From the sequence record OL739525.1: DNA of 64,000 nt. One strand, given 5' to 3'. Below are positions 9,149 to 17,468 of the stretch, piece by piece. The first letter of the stretch is position 1; every line of letters starts with the position of its first letter. The notes beneath the pieces are model-generated. The model did not search any database. It was not told where the DNA came from and saw only the letters and a program-made list of their open reading frames with translations. The stretch is from Escherichia phage dw-ec. The position numbers and the translations under genes are program-made.

Positions 9149-9421
9149 ATGAATAAAGATCGGTTTCTTTCTTTAGTCGCGGAAGCGCCTTTTGATGTTC
9201 TTGGGGTGAGATTATGGAAAGACAGAAACTATGGGTTAGATGTTCAAACATATTCTCTTTGGTTGGTTGGGGAGCACAGCTTAGATGAAAGCTTGTGCAT
9301 GGGTAGGGATTCTCGTTCCCTTTGTTTAAAGTTTAGAAGCTTAGAACGCGCAAACAAAGAGCAAGAAAAACTAACGAGGTGGCTAAATGAAAACAAGCGC
9401 AGGGTTGATGGAGTTTTATAA
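9149..9421 (+). CDS. hypothetical protein
   Basis: ORF with RBS gaaaggtgg. Confidence 0.45.
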   Translation: MNKDRFLSLVAEAPFDVLGVRLWKDRNYGLDVQTYSLWLVGEHSLDESLCMGRDSRSLCLKFRSLERANKEQEKLTRWLNENKRRVDGVL

Positions 9422-9713
9422 AATTTATCTAGCATGGATTGATGTTGGTGCTCCTGATGGTAAACCTTTTCGGCGAGATTGCGGTTTGTGTGCCAATTTG
9501 TTCGATTATGTGCACGCAGATGGCTACAATCTCCTTATAACAACCTTGTCAGACGAAATGCACTCACAGTTTTACTACAAAGGGTTGAGTCAAGAACTCC
9601 CTTTCAATGAGAACTACGATGCATATGTCTTAGAATCAGATGCAGAGGTATGTCACCTGAACGTGGACAGGATTAATTGGGTAAGAGATCGTATTGCAGA
9701 GGAGGATGAATAA
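9387..9713 (+). CDS. hypothetical protein, paralog family A member 5
   Basis: family A motifs (FYKIYLAWI, GLCANL, PFN, CHLN..RINWVRDRI). Confidence 0.6.
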   Translation: MKTSAGLMEFYKIYLAWIDVGAPDGKPFRRDCGLCANLFDYVHADGYNLLITTLSDEMHSQFYYKGLSQELPFNENYDAYVLESDAEVCHLNVDRINWVRDRIAEEDE

Positions 9714-9940
9714 TGTCGGATTATAACTGGTATGAACTTGAGGCTGTTTGTCAGTTTTACGACTCAATAGTTCTGCGTGATCCAATCTGTCAAGAATTAA
9801 GTCGCCGTGCAAGTGCATTGGCAATCAATGTTAAAGTGCACGATTGGAACGCAGATCTGGAAAAAGAATTGGAATTCCTTTTGGAAACAACCCGTGTCTT
9901 CCATAAAGTGTTCCCTGAATGGTTTGAGATGGAGGAATAA
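9713..9940 (+). CDS. hypothetical protein
   Basis: ORF overlapping upstream stop. Confidence 0.4.
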   Translation: MSDYNWYELEAVCQFYDSIVLRDPICQELSRRASALAINVKVHDWNADLEKELEFLLETTRVFHKVFPEWFEMEE

Positions 9941-9942
9941 GC

Positions 9943-10155
9943 ATGTGGATTGTCCGTCTTAAGTATGATGGCAAGTTTCCGTGGGAGAAAGATGTTTGTG
10001 CCTGTGATTCAGCAGCACATGCCAAAGCAGCGGGTCAGGCAGTAGTTGACATGTATAACAACACCCCCTTTGATCCAGAAATGGCAGGTGTTACAATGAG
10101 CATGTTCACTTACTATTCTTTTGAGGTTTACTATCACGAAGGAGAGTGGAAATGA
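9943..10155 (+). CDS. hypothetical protein
   Basis: ORF with RBS ggaggaataagcATG. Confidence 0.45.
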   Translation: MWIVRLKYDGKFPWEKDVCACDSAAHAKAAGQAVVDMYNNTPFDPEMAGVTMSMFTYYSFEVYYHEGEWK

Positions 10156-10472
10156 GCGAAGAGCTATTAACATTTTACCGCACGTATTTGGCATGGTTGG
10201 AAGCTGGTGCTCCTGAAGGTGAACCGTTCACCCGTTGCACAGGTTTGTGCACGAACCTCTATGATTTTTACGACATAGGAGAAAGCGAACGATACGAACC
10301 TGTACTGGATGAAATGCATGAGCAGTTCTACCTCAAAGGTTTGGTTATGGTGTTGCCTTTCAACAGTAATTTTGGAAAGTACACCTTAGAAGCGGAAAAA
10401 GGCCGTTGTCATTTGAATGTGGATCGTGTGAACTGGGTAAAAGAACGTGTAGCAGAAGAAATAATTGGTTGA
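10146..10472 (+). CDS. hypothetical protein, paralog family A member 6
   Basis: family A motifs (FYRTYLAWL, GLCTNL, PFN, CHLN..RVNWVKERV). Confidence 0.6.
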   Translation: MEMSEELLTFYRTYLAWLEAGAPEGEPFTRCTGLCTNLYDFYDIGESERYEPVLDEMHEQFYLKGLVMVLPFNSNFGKYTLEAEKGRCHLNVDRVNWVKERVAEEIIG

Positions 10473-10497
10473 CAGAAGGATCTGTCTTTGTCATAAT
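10469..10497 (+). promoter_or_regulatory. sigma70-like promoter (TTGACA, 17 bp spacer, CATAAT)
   Basis: TTGACA at 10469-10474, CATAAT at 10492-10497, followed by RBS and the 10527 ATG. Confidence 0.6.
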
Positions 10498-10526
10498 CAT
10501 CTCATCGAAACAGAGAGGAGAAAATC

Positions 10527-10940
10527 ATGAAAAAGTTTATTTGCACCCGTTCCACTAACAGTGATATCCTTGTAGGTAAGGTTATCAAAGGAGAACTCTT
10601 CCATGCAAACGGTAAGAAATATATTCTGCTGAAAGATTCTTTCAACGGGGAATATCCGCGCTGCACTTTCTTCAATTACAATACTCCATTTGCTTTAGAA
10701 GGAGATGCTTGGGACTGGGCTGAACTTCATCCTTGTTGTGAGGAAGAAGAATCTATGTTCTTAGGTTTAAACGTTTACCGTGTAGATTACACCATGTGCG
10801 GAGCGGAATATTCTGTTCGCGTAGAAGCCGAATCCAAACTACAAGCACCTTTCAAGGCGGGATTGACTTTGGGTCATTGTTTGGCAAACATTGAAGATGT
10901 TGTGATCCAAAGAGTTGTTTTAGAGAAAGAGGCTATTTGA
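10527..10940 (+). CDS. hypothetical protein
   Basis: RBS agagaggag; promoter upstream. Confidence 0.55.
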   Translation: MKKFICTRSTNSDILVGKVIKGELFHANGKKYILLKDSFNGEYPRCTFFNYNTPFALEGDAWDWAELHPCCEEEESMFLGLNVYRVDYTMCGAEYSVRVEAESKLQAPFKAGLTLGHCLANIEDVVIQRVVLEKEAI

Positions 10941-10965
10941 CAGAAGACGGTACAATATTTAAAAT
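10937..10965 (+). promoter_or_regulatory. sigma70-like promoter (TTGACA, 17 bp spacer, TAAAAT)
   Basis: TTGACA at 10937-10942, TAAAAT at 10960-10965. Confidence 0.5.
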
Positions 10966-10992
10966 ATAAAGATTAACCACAAAGGAGAGAAT

Positions 10993-11292
10993 ATGCAAGT
11001 TGAAGACCTGATCCACATTCTGAATAAAGCTAAAGAGAAGGGTGCTATCAAAGACTGGAAACGTGAAACAAGTGAAGATTTATCTCATTGTTGCCGAGAA
11101 TTTTACATCGAAGGTATTGCTGACGATCATTATACTATTGAATGGTATATCAACTTAATGACTCTTAAGCACGGTTCATTTGAGGTTTGGTTTGATGATA
11201 TTGATGTAAATGGTTTCCATCCTGGCTATAAAATCGCTATGCAGTTATCTTATCGTAGAGAAGTTGTAGCACATTTGGGTTTACATAACTAA
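10993..11292 (+). CDS. hypothetical protein
   Basis: RBS aaaggagag. Confidence 0.5.
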   Translation: MQVEDLIHILNKAKEKGAIKDWKRETSEDLSHCCREFYIEGIADDHYTIEWYINLMTLKHGSFEVWFDDIDVNGFHPGYKIAMQLSYRREVVAHLGLHN

Positions 11293-11302
11293 GGAGAAAA
11301 GA

Positions 11303-11626
11303 ATGCAAGCAGTTGTTAACGAAGCTATTATGAACTTATCCTTCTTGTTAGCTGGTTTAGGAGGTGTCCTCATAGGTTTGGCTCTTATCTGGTGTATTCG
11401 TCGATTAATCGGGTACCGACAAAAAGGTGTTTCATGTTTTGTATCTTATAATTTTACAACTGCTTACAGCAATGAGGTGGGATCTGGTAACGCTCAAGCA
11501 TTTTTACCAACATATCCTCCTACAGTGGAAGATATTCGAAACTTGGAAGTAGAACTTATGGGACTAAGTGATAATTATACATCTCTCGTTATTCAAAATA
11601 TTTTTCGACTAAAACAGGAGGCGTGA
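11303..11626 (+). CDS. hypothetical membrane protein
   Basis: RBS aaggagaaaag; hydrophobic segment LSFLLAGLGGVLIGLALIWCI. Confidence 0.5.
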   Translation: MQAVVNEAIMNLSFLLAGLGGVLIGLALIWCIRRLIGYRQKGVSCFVSYNFTTAYSNEVGSGNAQAFLPTYPPTVEDIRNLEVELMGLSDNYTSLVIQNIFRLKQEA

Positions 11627-11839
11627 ATGAAGGCACATTACCCTCATCCCTTTGATCCTAAAAACAAAGCCGTAATTCTTCGTCAGTGGCAACGGGTTTG
11701 TCGTACTAAATGTCCAATTAATAGCCCACACAATGTAGACAAGGATTATCTTGGGACATTTGTTGAATACACTTACATAGACAAAAACAAGCGTAAACAA
11801 CATGTCGAGGAATACTGCTTAAGAGTAGAATGGCTGTAA
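11627..11839 (+). CDS. hypothetical protein
   Basis: RBS acaggagg; Cys/His-containing small protein. Confidence 0.45.
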   Translation: MKAHYPHPFDPKNKAVILRQWQRVCRTKCPINSPHNVDKDYLGTFVEYTYIDKNKRKQHVEEYCLRVEWL

Positions 11840-11851
11840 ATAATAAATACC

Positions 11852-11880
11852 TTGACAAGTGTTTATTCATTTTGTAAAGT
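11852..11880 (+). promoter_or_regulatory. sigma70-like promoter
   Basis: TTGACA at 11852-11857, TAAAGT at 11875-11880. Confidence 0.45.
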
Positions 11881-11909
11881 GAGAATACAGCAATGGTTTA
11901 GGAGTGGTT

Positions 11910-12581
11910 ATGAAAAAGTTTGTTGTTTACAGTCGTCTTTCTAAACAGAAAAAAGGCGAGGCACAATATGGTATGGAGAGCCAAGAGAACGATATCCGTT
12001 ACTTCTTAGACTCTGTGCCTGATGCGGAAGTTATTGGTCAATTTTCTGAATACTATTCGGGTAAGGGCGATTGGAAGCAACGTAAGGAACTGGTTAAAGC
12101 GGTTGAAATGTGTAAAGCTACCGGAGCAACTTTATTGGTAGCTAAAGTTGACCGCTTGGGTCGTAACAACGCCTCCGTAGCAACTCTTCTAGAAATGATC
12201 GATGTTAAGATAGCCATTATGCCAGATGCAGATAAAATGGTTATACAGCTTCTGTCTGTTCTGGCTGAACAAGAGGTTAGAGGTATTGCTGATCGTATTA
12301 AAAAGGGTCTTGCTGTAGCAAAAAGCAAAGGTGTTTTATTAGGCAGTGCTAATCCTAAAACTGCCGCTGCACGTAGAAAAGGAAAAATGGAATACAACTC
12401 TGTTAAAGCAGACGCTTTTGCAGAGACATTTCGTGAACGTTTGGAGATCCTTAGAGATTTAAATACACCTTACAAAACTATTGCTGAAAAATTCAATAGT
12501 AAGAAAATAGCAACAGCACGTGGTGGTAAATGGGATGCTAAAACTGTTTCTCGTTTGTGTGCCAGACTGAACATTAAATAG
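11910..12581 (+). CDS. small serine recombinase (resolvase/invertase family)
   Basis: N-terminal catalytic motifs VVYSRLSKQ and VAKVDRLGRN typical of resolvase-type serine recombinases; basic C-terminal tail; RBS aggagtgg. Confidence 0.65.
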   Translation: MKKFVVYSRLSKQKKGEAQYGMESQENDIRYFLDSVPDAEVIGQFSEYYSGKGDWKQRKELVKAVEMCKATGATLLVAKVDRLGRNNASVATLLEMIDVKIAIMPDADKMVIQLLSVLAEQEVRGIADRIKKGLAVAKSKGVLLGSANPKTAAARRKGKMEYNSVKADAFAETFRERLEILRDLNTPYKTIAEKFNSKKIATARGGKWDAKTVSRLCARLNIK

Positions 12582-12589
12582 GAGAGGAT

Positions 12590-13012
12590 ATGAAACAAGA
12601 AAATGAATCTGTAGATCACTTAATCATGCTGTCAGCCCTTTTTGCCGGATGGGACGTATTTTTTGAAAATTTGTTCAATTCTGCTACAGATGGTTCCGAT
12701 TTTATGCGCCAGTTTAAACGACGAACTGTTGAGGACTATGCTTTCTATTCAGGTCGGATTGAAAAAGGTTACGAAGATACAAATACAACACTCACTATTA
12801 AAGTTTTAGATGTGATGTTTAGTGTTATAGATGCTATCGACGAAAGCCTTCCGATCCTAGACAATTGTAATACGAAAGCCTATGTTTACAAAATAGCTCG
12901 TGCTTATGTGTCTGCAAACAGTTGTCTTCTTTCCACCCAGATTGCCGTGAACAATCTTGCCAACTTGTTTGATGAAGGAGAAACTTTTTATGACAATCGA
13001 TTTGAAGTGTAA
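12590..13012 (+). CDS. hypothetical protein
   Basis: RBS ggagaggatATG. Confidence 0.45.
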   Translation: MKQENESVDHLIMLSALFAGWDVFFENLFNSATDGSDFMRQFKRRTVEDYAFYSGRIEKGYEDTNTTLTIKVLDVMFSVIDAIDESLPILDNCNTKAYVYKIARAYVSANSCLLSTQIAVNNLANLFDEGETFYDNRFEV

Positions 13013-13355
13013 GAGGATTCTTTTAGATTTCTATAATAATTGGTTAGAACACCTCCGTCTCTTTCCAAGAGAAAGTGGTTACGCTGATGTTGGCTTATGC
13101 CGAGGTCTGCGTATGTATATAAGTGATGAATTTCGGGCAGAGCATTCTTTAGCATATTCTGTTTATGGTATGCAATTAGCCAGTTTTGAAAACGCTGGCT
13201 TAGATACAACTTTCCCATTTAACACAGCAAAATCTTTTGAGCAAGAGTGTAAGGAAAAACGTTGTATGTTTAATGAAAAACGTGTACAGTGGGTTAAGGA
13301 TCGAGTTAAACAACTGGAACAAGAGTTGGATTTCTTCTATGATGAGGCAGAATAA
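12990..13355 (+). CDS. hypothetical protein, paralog family A member 7
   Basis: family A motifs (FYNNWL, GLCRGL, PFN, CMFN..RVQWVKDRV); start taken at internal ATG 12990. Confidence 0.55.
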   Translation: MTIDLKCKRILLDFYNNWLEHLRLFPRESGYADVGLCRGLRMYISDEFRAEHSLAYSVYGMQLASFENAGLDTTFPFNTAKSFEQECKEKRCMFNEKRVQWVKDRVKQLEQELDFFYDEAE

Positions 13356-13627
13356 TGGATAGACAAACCTTAAAAACAATGGCAGATGCTACTAATTCCC
13401 CGTACTTTGAAAAAGTAAGTAAGTTGGTAGCTCAAGCCGCAGAGGAAGGATATTATAACATAAACATCCACAACCCAAGTCTTATACTAGAAATGCCAAG
13501 TGATAAGAAGATACAAGAAAGTATCTGCGAAGGTATTGTTAGTTACTGGCGCGAGCGTGGGTGTGGTGCAAACATGGCTTTAGACAGTGCAAACATTGTA
13601 AGATATATAAATATTTCTTGGGGGTGA
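13355..13627 (+). CDS. hypothetical protein
   Basis: ORF overlapping upstream stop. Confidence 0.4.
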   Translation: MDRQTLKTMADATNSPYFEKVSKLVAQAAEEGYYNINIHNPSLILEMPSDKKIQESICEGIVSYWRERGCGANMALDSANIVRYINISWG

Positions 13628-13631
13628 TTTT

Positions 13632-14243
13632 ATGATTCAATGCACTCATATCCAAATTACTTGGAGAGATGAACTTTACCATTTGGGACAATTTACTGTA
13701 GGGGAGACATACCCTGTCATTAAACATAATCCTAACATCGCAAACTTTGATAGGATGGTTCTTGTTGAGGACGATCTGGGTCAAACTTATTCTTTAGATC
13801 TAAAATATCCGTTTTCTTACGGCTACGATTGGATCGTTACTTTTGAAGACGTGGAGGAAAATAAAACAATGAACGAAAAAAATTCTTGGTATTATCGTTG
13901 TGAACTGCCGCCAGTAGGTGAAAAGGTTATCTTTGTTCCTGATTTGGAAAGATATTCTTGGGACAGTTCTTATTCTGTTCCTAAAGAAGGCACCGAAGTT
14001 GAAGTTATTGCACATCGCACGACTTCGCATGGTAACGATGTAGCAGTTGTTTTCTGGGATGATGAAGGCGCTGCTTGTGCAGGTGGCTTTGTTGCAGGTA
14101 ACTTTGAACCCCTGCCAGATCCTTTGAAGGAGGCAATTTTAGGCGTAGCTTCTTTTGGACTCTCTTACACGTCTGCACAGGAGATCGTAGAAGGTATTTT
14201 AAACGGTACTGTTCCAAACGAAATTTTCAAACAGATTAAATAA
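13632..14243 (+). CDS. hypothetical protein
   Basis: ORF with RBS gggggtgattttATG. Confidence 0.5.
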   Translation: MIQCTHIQITWRDELYHLGQFTVGETYPVIKHNPNIANFDRMVLVEDDLGQTYSLDLKYPFSYGYDWIVTFEDVEENKTMNEKNSWYYRCELPPVGEKVIFVPDLERYSWDSSYSVPKEGTEVEVIAHRTTSHGNDVAVVFWDDEGAACAGGFVAGNFEPLPDPLKEAILGVASFGLSYTSAQEIVEGILNGTVPNEIFKQIK

Positions 14244-14258
14244 CAGTTGCACCCCGTT

Positions 14259-14283
14259 CTGCGGGGTGTTATTGTATATGTAA
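14259..14283 (+). terminator. putative weak intrinsic terminator
   Basis: hairpin caccccg/cggggtg followed by TTATT. Confidence 0.35.
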
Positions 14284-14294
14284 AGGAGGCGCTA

Positions 14295-14633
14295 ATGTAT
14301 TACACTGAAGACTACATATTGTATAACTTTTTTAAAGGTTGGTTGAAATGGGCGGAACAAGCTCCTGTCGGAGATTGTGTTTTTCCTTGGGATTCTCGTC
14401 AAGGCTTGTGTCGTTGTTTGGAAGATTGGCTTATAACCACAAACTACAATTCAGAAACTAAGAAATCTACATCAAACAGATTAAAAATGTTGTTTGAAGA
14501 AGATGGTTTAGATCCAATTTATCCTTTCGGTGAGGAAAGTTTCCACAATGGTCTTTTCCTTGGCACTCAACATTATGATAAAGATCGTGTAGATTGGGTA
14601 AAAGAAAAGGTAGCACAGTATGAATGGGGTTAA
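14295..14633 (+). CDS. hypothetical protein, paralog family A member 8
   Basis: RBS aaaggagg then ATG at 14295; motifs FFKGWL, GLCRCL, PFG, RVDWVKEKV. Confidence 0.55.
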   Translation: MYYTEDYILYNFFKGWLKWAEQAPVGDCVFPWDSRQGLCRCLEDWLITTNYNSETKKSTSNRLKMLFEEDGLDPIYPFGEESFHNGLFLGTQHYDKDRVDWVKEKVAQYEWG

Positions 14634-14823
14634 GAATTATCACCGCTGGTTAGAAAGCTATCTTAAGAAATGTGAACTTGGTGTTCCAGGTTATACTTAC
14701 GACACGGACGAGATCCTTGATGAAATGGAAGTTTGGTTTAAAGAGCCTCGTGAACTATTGGAAAACATTCTAATGGCTTGGGATGGTACGGCACAAAGCA
14801 TTGAAGGAGGTAGAAATGAGTAA
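14620..14823 (+). CDS. hypothetical protein
   Basis: ORF overlapping upstream gene end. Confidence 0.4.
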   Translation: MNGVKNYHRWLESYLKKCELGVPGYTYDTDEILDEMEVWFKEPRELLENILMAWDGTAQSIEGGRNE

Positions 14824-14958
14824 GAAATTGTTTAATATTCGTGAGAATCGTGATGGATCGTTCTCTGTAGTCAATGAGTTTAACGTTTCAGTTGGGACTT
14901 TTATTACTAAACGTCAAGCAGAACAAGTAAGAGATACTTTAAACAAGTAAATTTTTAA

Positions 14959-14968
14959 GGGGGGGGGG
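14959..14968 (+). repeat. G10 homopolymer tract in the ribosome-binding region of the 14973 gene
   Basis: ten consecutive G at 14959-14968, 4 nt before the ATG at 14973. Confidence 0.9.
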
Positions 14969-14972
14969 ACTT

Positions 14973-15392
14973 ATGTTAGGTAAGATCAAAGCCTTTTTCA
15001 AACGTATTATCGAAGGAAGTCCAACAGAAGGTGCATTAGGAAGATCCCTAACAGGAGAACCACTTGCCATAATTTCTATCAGTCGGCATGGTGGATATTC
15101 CATTCGACAAACACCTTTAGGTATAAAAGGTAGTATGCTTTCTTGGACAATATCTCAAGTTGGTGATAACAGGCTTGCAGCTATAGCGTTACTTCGTGGG
15201 GAGTATGACTACTGTTTATCAGCATCTTCTAAAAAGCACCTCATAGAGCACATTAGAGACAGAGTAGAAAGAGAAGGCGGATACTTCTTCGAAACTAAGA
15301 GAAACGAACAAGGAACTCTTGACTTCACTAAGGTTTACTGGGACAATCATACTCGTCAAACTGTTGAACAACTTCTGGAGGAAAGATGTTAA
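14973..15392 (+). CDS. hypothetical protein
   Basis: ORF immediately downstream of the G10 tract. Confidence 0.5.
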   Translation: MLGKIKAFFKRIIEGSPTEGALGRSLTGEPLAIISISRHGGYSIRQTPLGIKGSMLSWTISQVGDNRLAAIALLRGEYDYCLSASSKKHLIEHIRDRVEREGGYFFETKRNEQGTLDFTKVYWDNHTRQTVEQLLEERC

Positions 15393-15595
15393 AAGCTTTT
15401 GCTGTATACTCTACTGTAGGATTCTTTTATTGGATTATAGTTGTTGTTGGATGTTGGTTGGGTTCTTCTGTTGTGATGGGAGAATGGTTAACATACAATG
15501 TATTTGAATGGGATGTAGTTTGTAGATCATTACTTGTTATATGGACTGCTATTGTTTGTTGGATAACTGTTAGTCTAACATTAGATCTATATTGA
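15386..15595 (+). CDS. hypothetical membrane protein
   Basis: two hydrophobic segments (FFYWIIVVVGCWLG, LLVIWTAIVCWITVSL). Confidence 0.45.
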   Translation: MLKAFAVYSTVGFFYWIIVVVGCWLGSSVVMGEWLTYNVFEWDVVCRSLLVIWTAIVCWITVSLTLDLY

Positions 15596-15762
15596 TTAAT
15601 AGATGGTAGATAGATGATCATAGTTTATCTACCTTCACTTACGTTTCATACCTCACTATCGTGAGTAACATGAAACATTATTATATAGAAATCTACTACT
15701 CGCTATCGCTCGTAAACATATGTTTAGGGTACCATATTTTTTTGAAAAAGTCAATGCTGACT

Positions 15763-15859
15763 CACCTATCAATTATCCGTTTAAGATAAGTCTTACCTAT
15801 CAATCTAACTCTTAACTAGTATTGCACCTATAGTAAGACTATTCCTATAGTTATTAACC
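15763..15859. repeat. iteron-like direct repeats (CCTATCAAT x2, CCTATAGT x2)
   Basis: cacctatcaat 15763, tacctatcaat 15794, cacctatagt 15825, ttcctatagt 15843. Confidence 0.6.
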
Positions 15860-15888
15860 CTCTTCTTCTGTAGAATGTAATTAGATCC

Positions 15889-15918
15889 TTGACAAACTCA
15901 CAAAGCTTGTGTTACATT
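15889..15918 (+). promoter_or_regulatory. sigma70-like promoter
   Basis: TTGACA at 15889-15894, TACATT about 18 bp downstream; precedes the 15956 gene. Confidence 0.5.
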
Positions 15919-15955
15919 GTGTCTCACAGGTGAATAATACCAAACAGGAGGAAGA

Positions 15956-16171
15956 ATGAGTTCCAATTTTCTATACAAAGCAAAAGATTCACGAGATGGA
16001 GAGAACCATTGGTGGTTGATCACAGGAGATGGTGTTATCATCCTGCCGTGGGACGGAGAGACGAAAGTTCAAATACTAGAGAAAGTAAAAGGTGTTAGTT
16101 TTAATGTTAGTCATGACATAACAACTTTCAAAGCTTTTGCTATGAATCCTAGTCTTGTTGCTGAATGGTAA
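15956..16171 (+). CDS. hypothetical protein
   Basis: RBS acaggaggaagaATG. Confidence 0.5.
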   Translation: MSSNFLYKAKDSRDGENHWWLITGDGVIILPWDGETKVQILEKVKGVSFNVSHDITTFKAFAMNPSLVAEW

Positions 16172-16184
16172 TCCAGGAGAAAAT

Positions 16185-16403
16185 ATGACTAAAATGTATG
16201 CAGCCGTTGATAAGCTGGATGGGTCTGATTCTGTTTTTATTTTGAATAAAATGGGTGTCTTAGTTTATGCCCGAACTTCTCAAAACATAGAACACCAAGT
16301 GGAAGCAGCACAAATTTTAGAGCAAATAACCCCTCCATACCTATACTCAAATGTTGAGCGTTTTAACGATGCACTTGGTTTGACGTTAATAGCGGAATGG
16401 TAA
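16185..16403 (+). CDS. hypothetical protein
   Basis: ATG at 16185 after RBS ccaggagaaaat. Confidence 0.45.
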   Translation: MTKMYAAVDKLDGSDSVFILNKMGVLVYARTSQNIEHQVEAAQILEQITPPYLYSNVERFNDALGLTLIAEW

Positions 16404-16603
16404 TAATGGCGAAAATGTTGGAAATTGATAATGTCGTAACAATCACTACGTCCACACCTTGTTCTCCTATGCCTTGCCCCTATTGTGGTGGTGCAGGATA
16501 TGTTATGGCGGATGTAGGTCAAATTTACGAGTGTAACCCGTGCAAAACCACAGGTTATATCCAAATAGAATCAGAGGAGAAACACTATGAGCCAAAACAC
16601 TAA
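16397..16603 (+). CDS. hypothetical protein with CxxC...CxxC motif
   Basis: CPYCGG ... CNPCKTTG zinc-ribbon-like cysteines. Confidence 0.4.
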   Translation: MVIMAKMLEIDNVVTITTSTPCSPMPCPYCGGAGYVMADVGQIYECNPCKTTGYIQIESEEKHYEPKH

Positions 16604-17036
16604 AGAAAAAGAAGTAATCACGGTAATCCGTCAGATGGAAGGTGCCGAAAACAATGCTTTTGTTACTAAGATTCTTCTTAATATCTTTGAAGATGTTATT
16701 TTAAACAATCCTGGTCATAAAGATTATCAGTATGATGTTATGATGGGTGCTTTGCTTGAGATTAACAAAAACACTTTTGCTGAATATGAGCAACACATGC
16801 TTTTACCAGAGGAAGATCAGGATTATTTGTTATCTGGTGCTTTAAGTGCACAAGAAAATTTCTACCACGTTCTTAATATGGCTTATGCAGATGAACTTGC
16901 TGTTTCCCTTGAAGAGCGTATTCAAATGGTTCGTGATGTGATGAATGAACAAATCCAAGAAGTTGAAGACTTGGTAGCAGAACCTTTAGCAGAAATTCGT
17001 GCAGCTATTGAAAAACAAAAAGGAACTCAATCATGA
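16587..17036 (+). CDS. hypothetical protein
   Basis: RBS agaggagaaacactATG. Confidence 0.5.
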   Translation: MSQNTKEKEVITVIRQMEGAENNAFVTKILLNIFEDVILNNPGHKDYQYDVMMGALLEINKNTFAEYEQHMLLPEEDQDYLLSGALSAQENFYHVLNMAYADELAVSLEERIQMVRDVMNEQIQEVEDLVAEPLAEIRAAIEKQKGTQS

Positions 17037-17200
17037 TGCAAGTAGGTGATGTGGTTTGCCTTAAAGGTGCAAACAAACAAATGACAGTAATAGAAAGTTA
17101 TGGTGAATCTTGTAAAGTAACTTGGTTCGATGAAAACGGGGAATTGCAACACGCTATATTCGATCAAAAAGCTTTGAGGAAGGTTGAAGAAAAAGAATGA
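17033..17200 (+). CDS. hypothetical small protein (55 aa)
   Basis: unlisted short ORF, ATG overlapping upstream stop (ATGA), fills gap. Confidence 0.3.
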   Translation: MMQVGDVVCLKGANKQMTVIESYGESCKVTWFDENGELQHAIFDQKALRKVEEKE

Positions 17201-17460
17201 ACCATCCGTCAATATTTTTCTGTTTTGTAGATCTTGAAAACGAGTCTTTAATCGTTGATAGTGAGGGTTACTTCACTTATTGGGAATCCGAGCACGAAAC
17301 TATAAGTGTAGTGAAAGAAATTATGCAAACCAATCCAAACCTACCAGCGCATAAGTACGGTATTGCAAAAGTGTTTGTTACTAAAACAGAGTACACAAAA
17401 GAGCGAAGCACTTTGTACCATAATATTGAAGTGATTCACTATTTCAAAGATGTTATTTAG
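17197..17460 (+). CDS. hypothetical protein
   Basis: ORF overlapping upstream stop. Confidence 0.4.
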   Translation: MNHPSIFFCFVDLENESLIVDSEGYFTYWESEHETISVVKEIMQTNPNLPAHKYGIAKVFVTKTEYTKERSTLYHNIEVIHYFKDVI

Positions 17461-17468
17461 GAGGTTAT

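Noticed and set aside
11910-12581. Integrase as evidence of a temperate lifestyle
   Set aside because: The recombinase is a small resolvase/invertase-type serine recombinase, not a tyrosine or large serine integrase, and no attP-like site or repressor module was seen.
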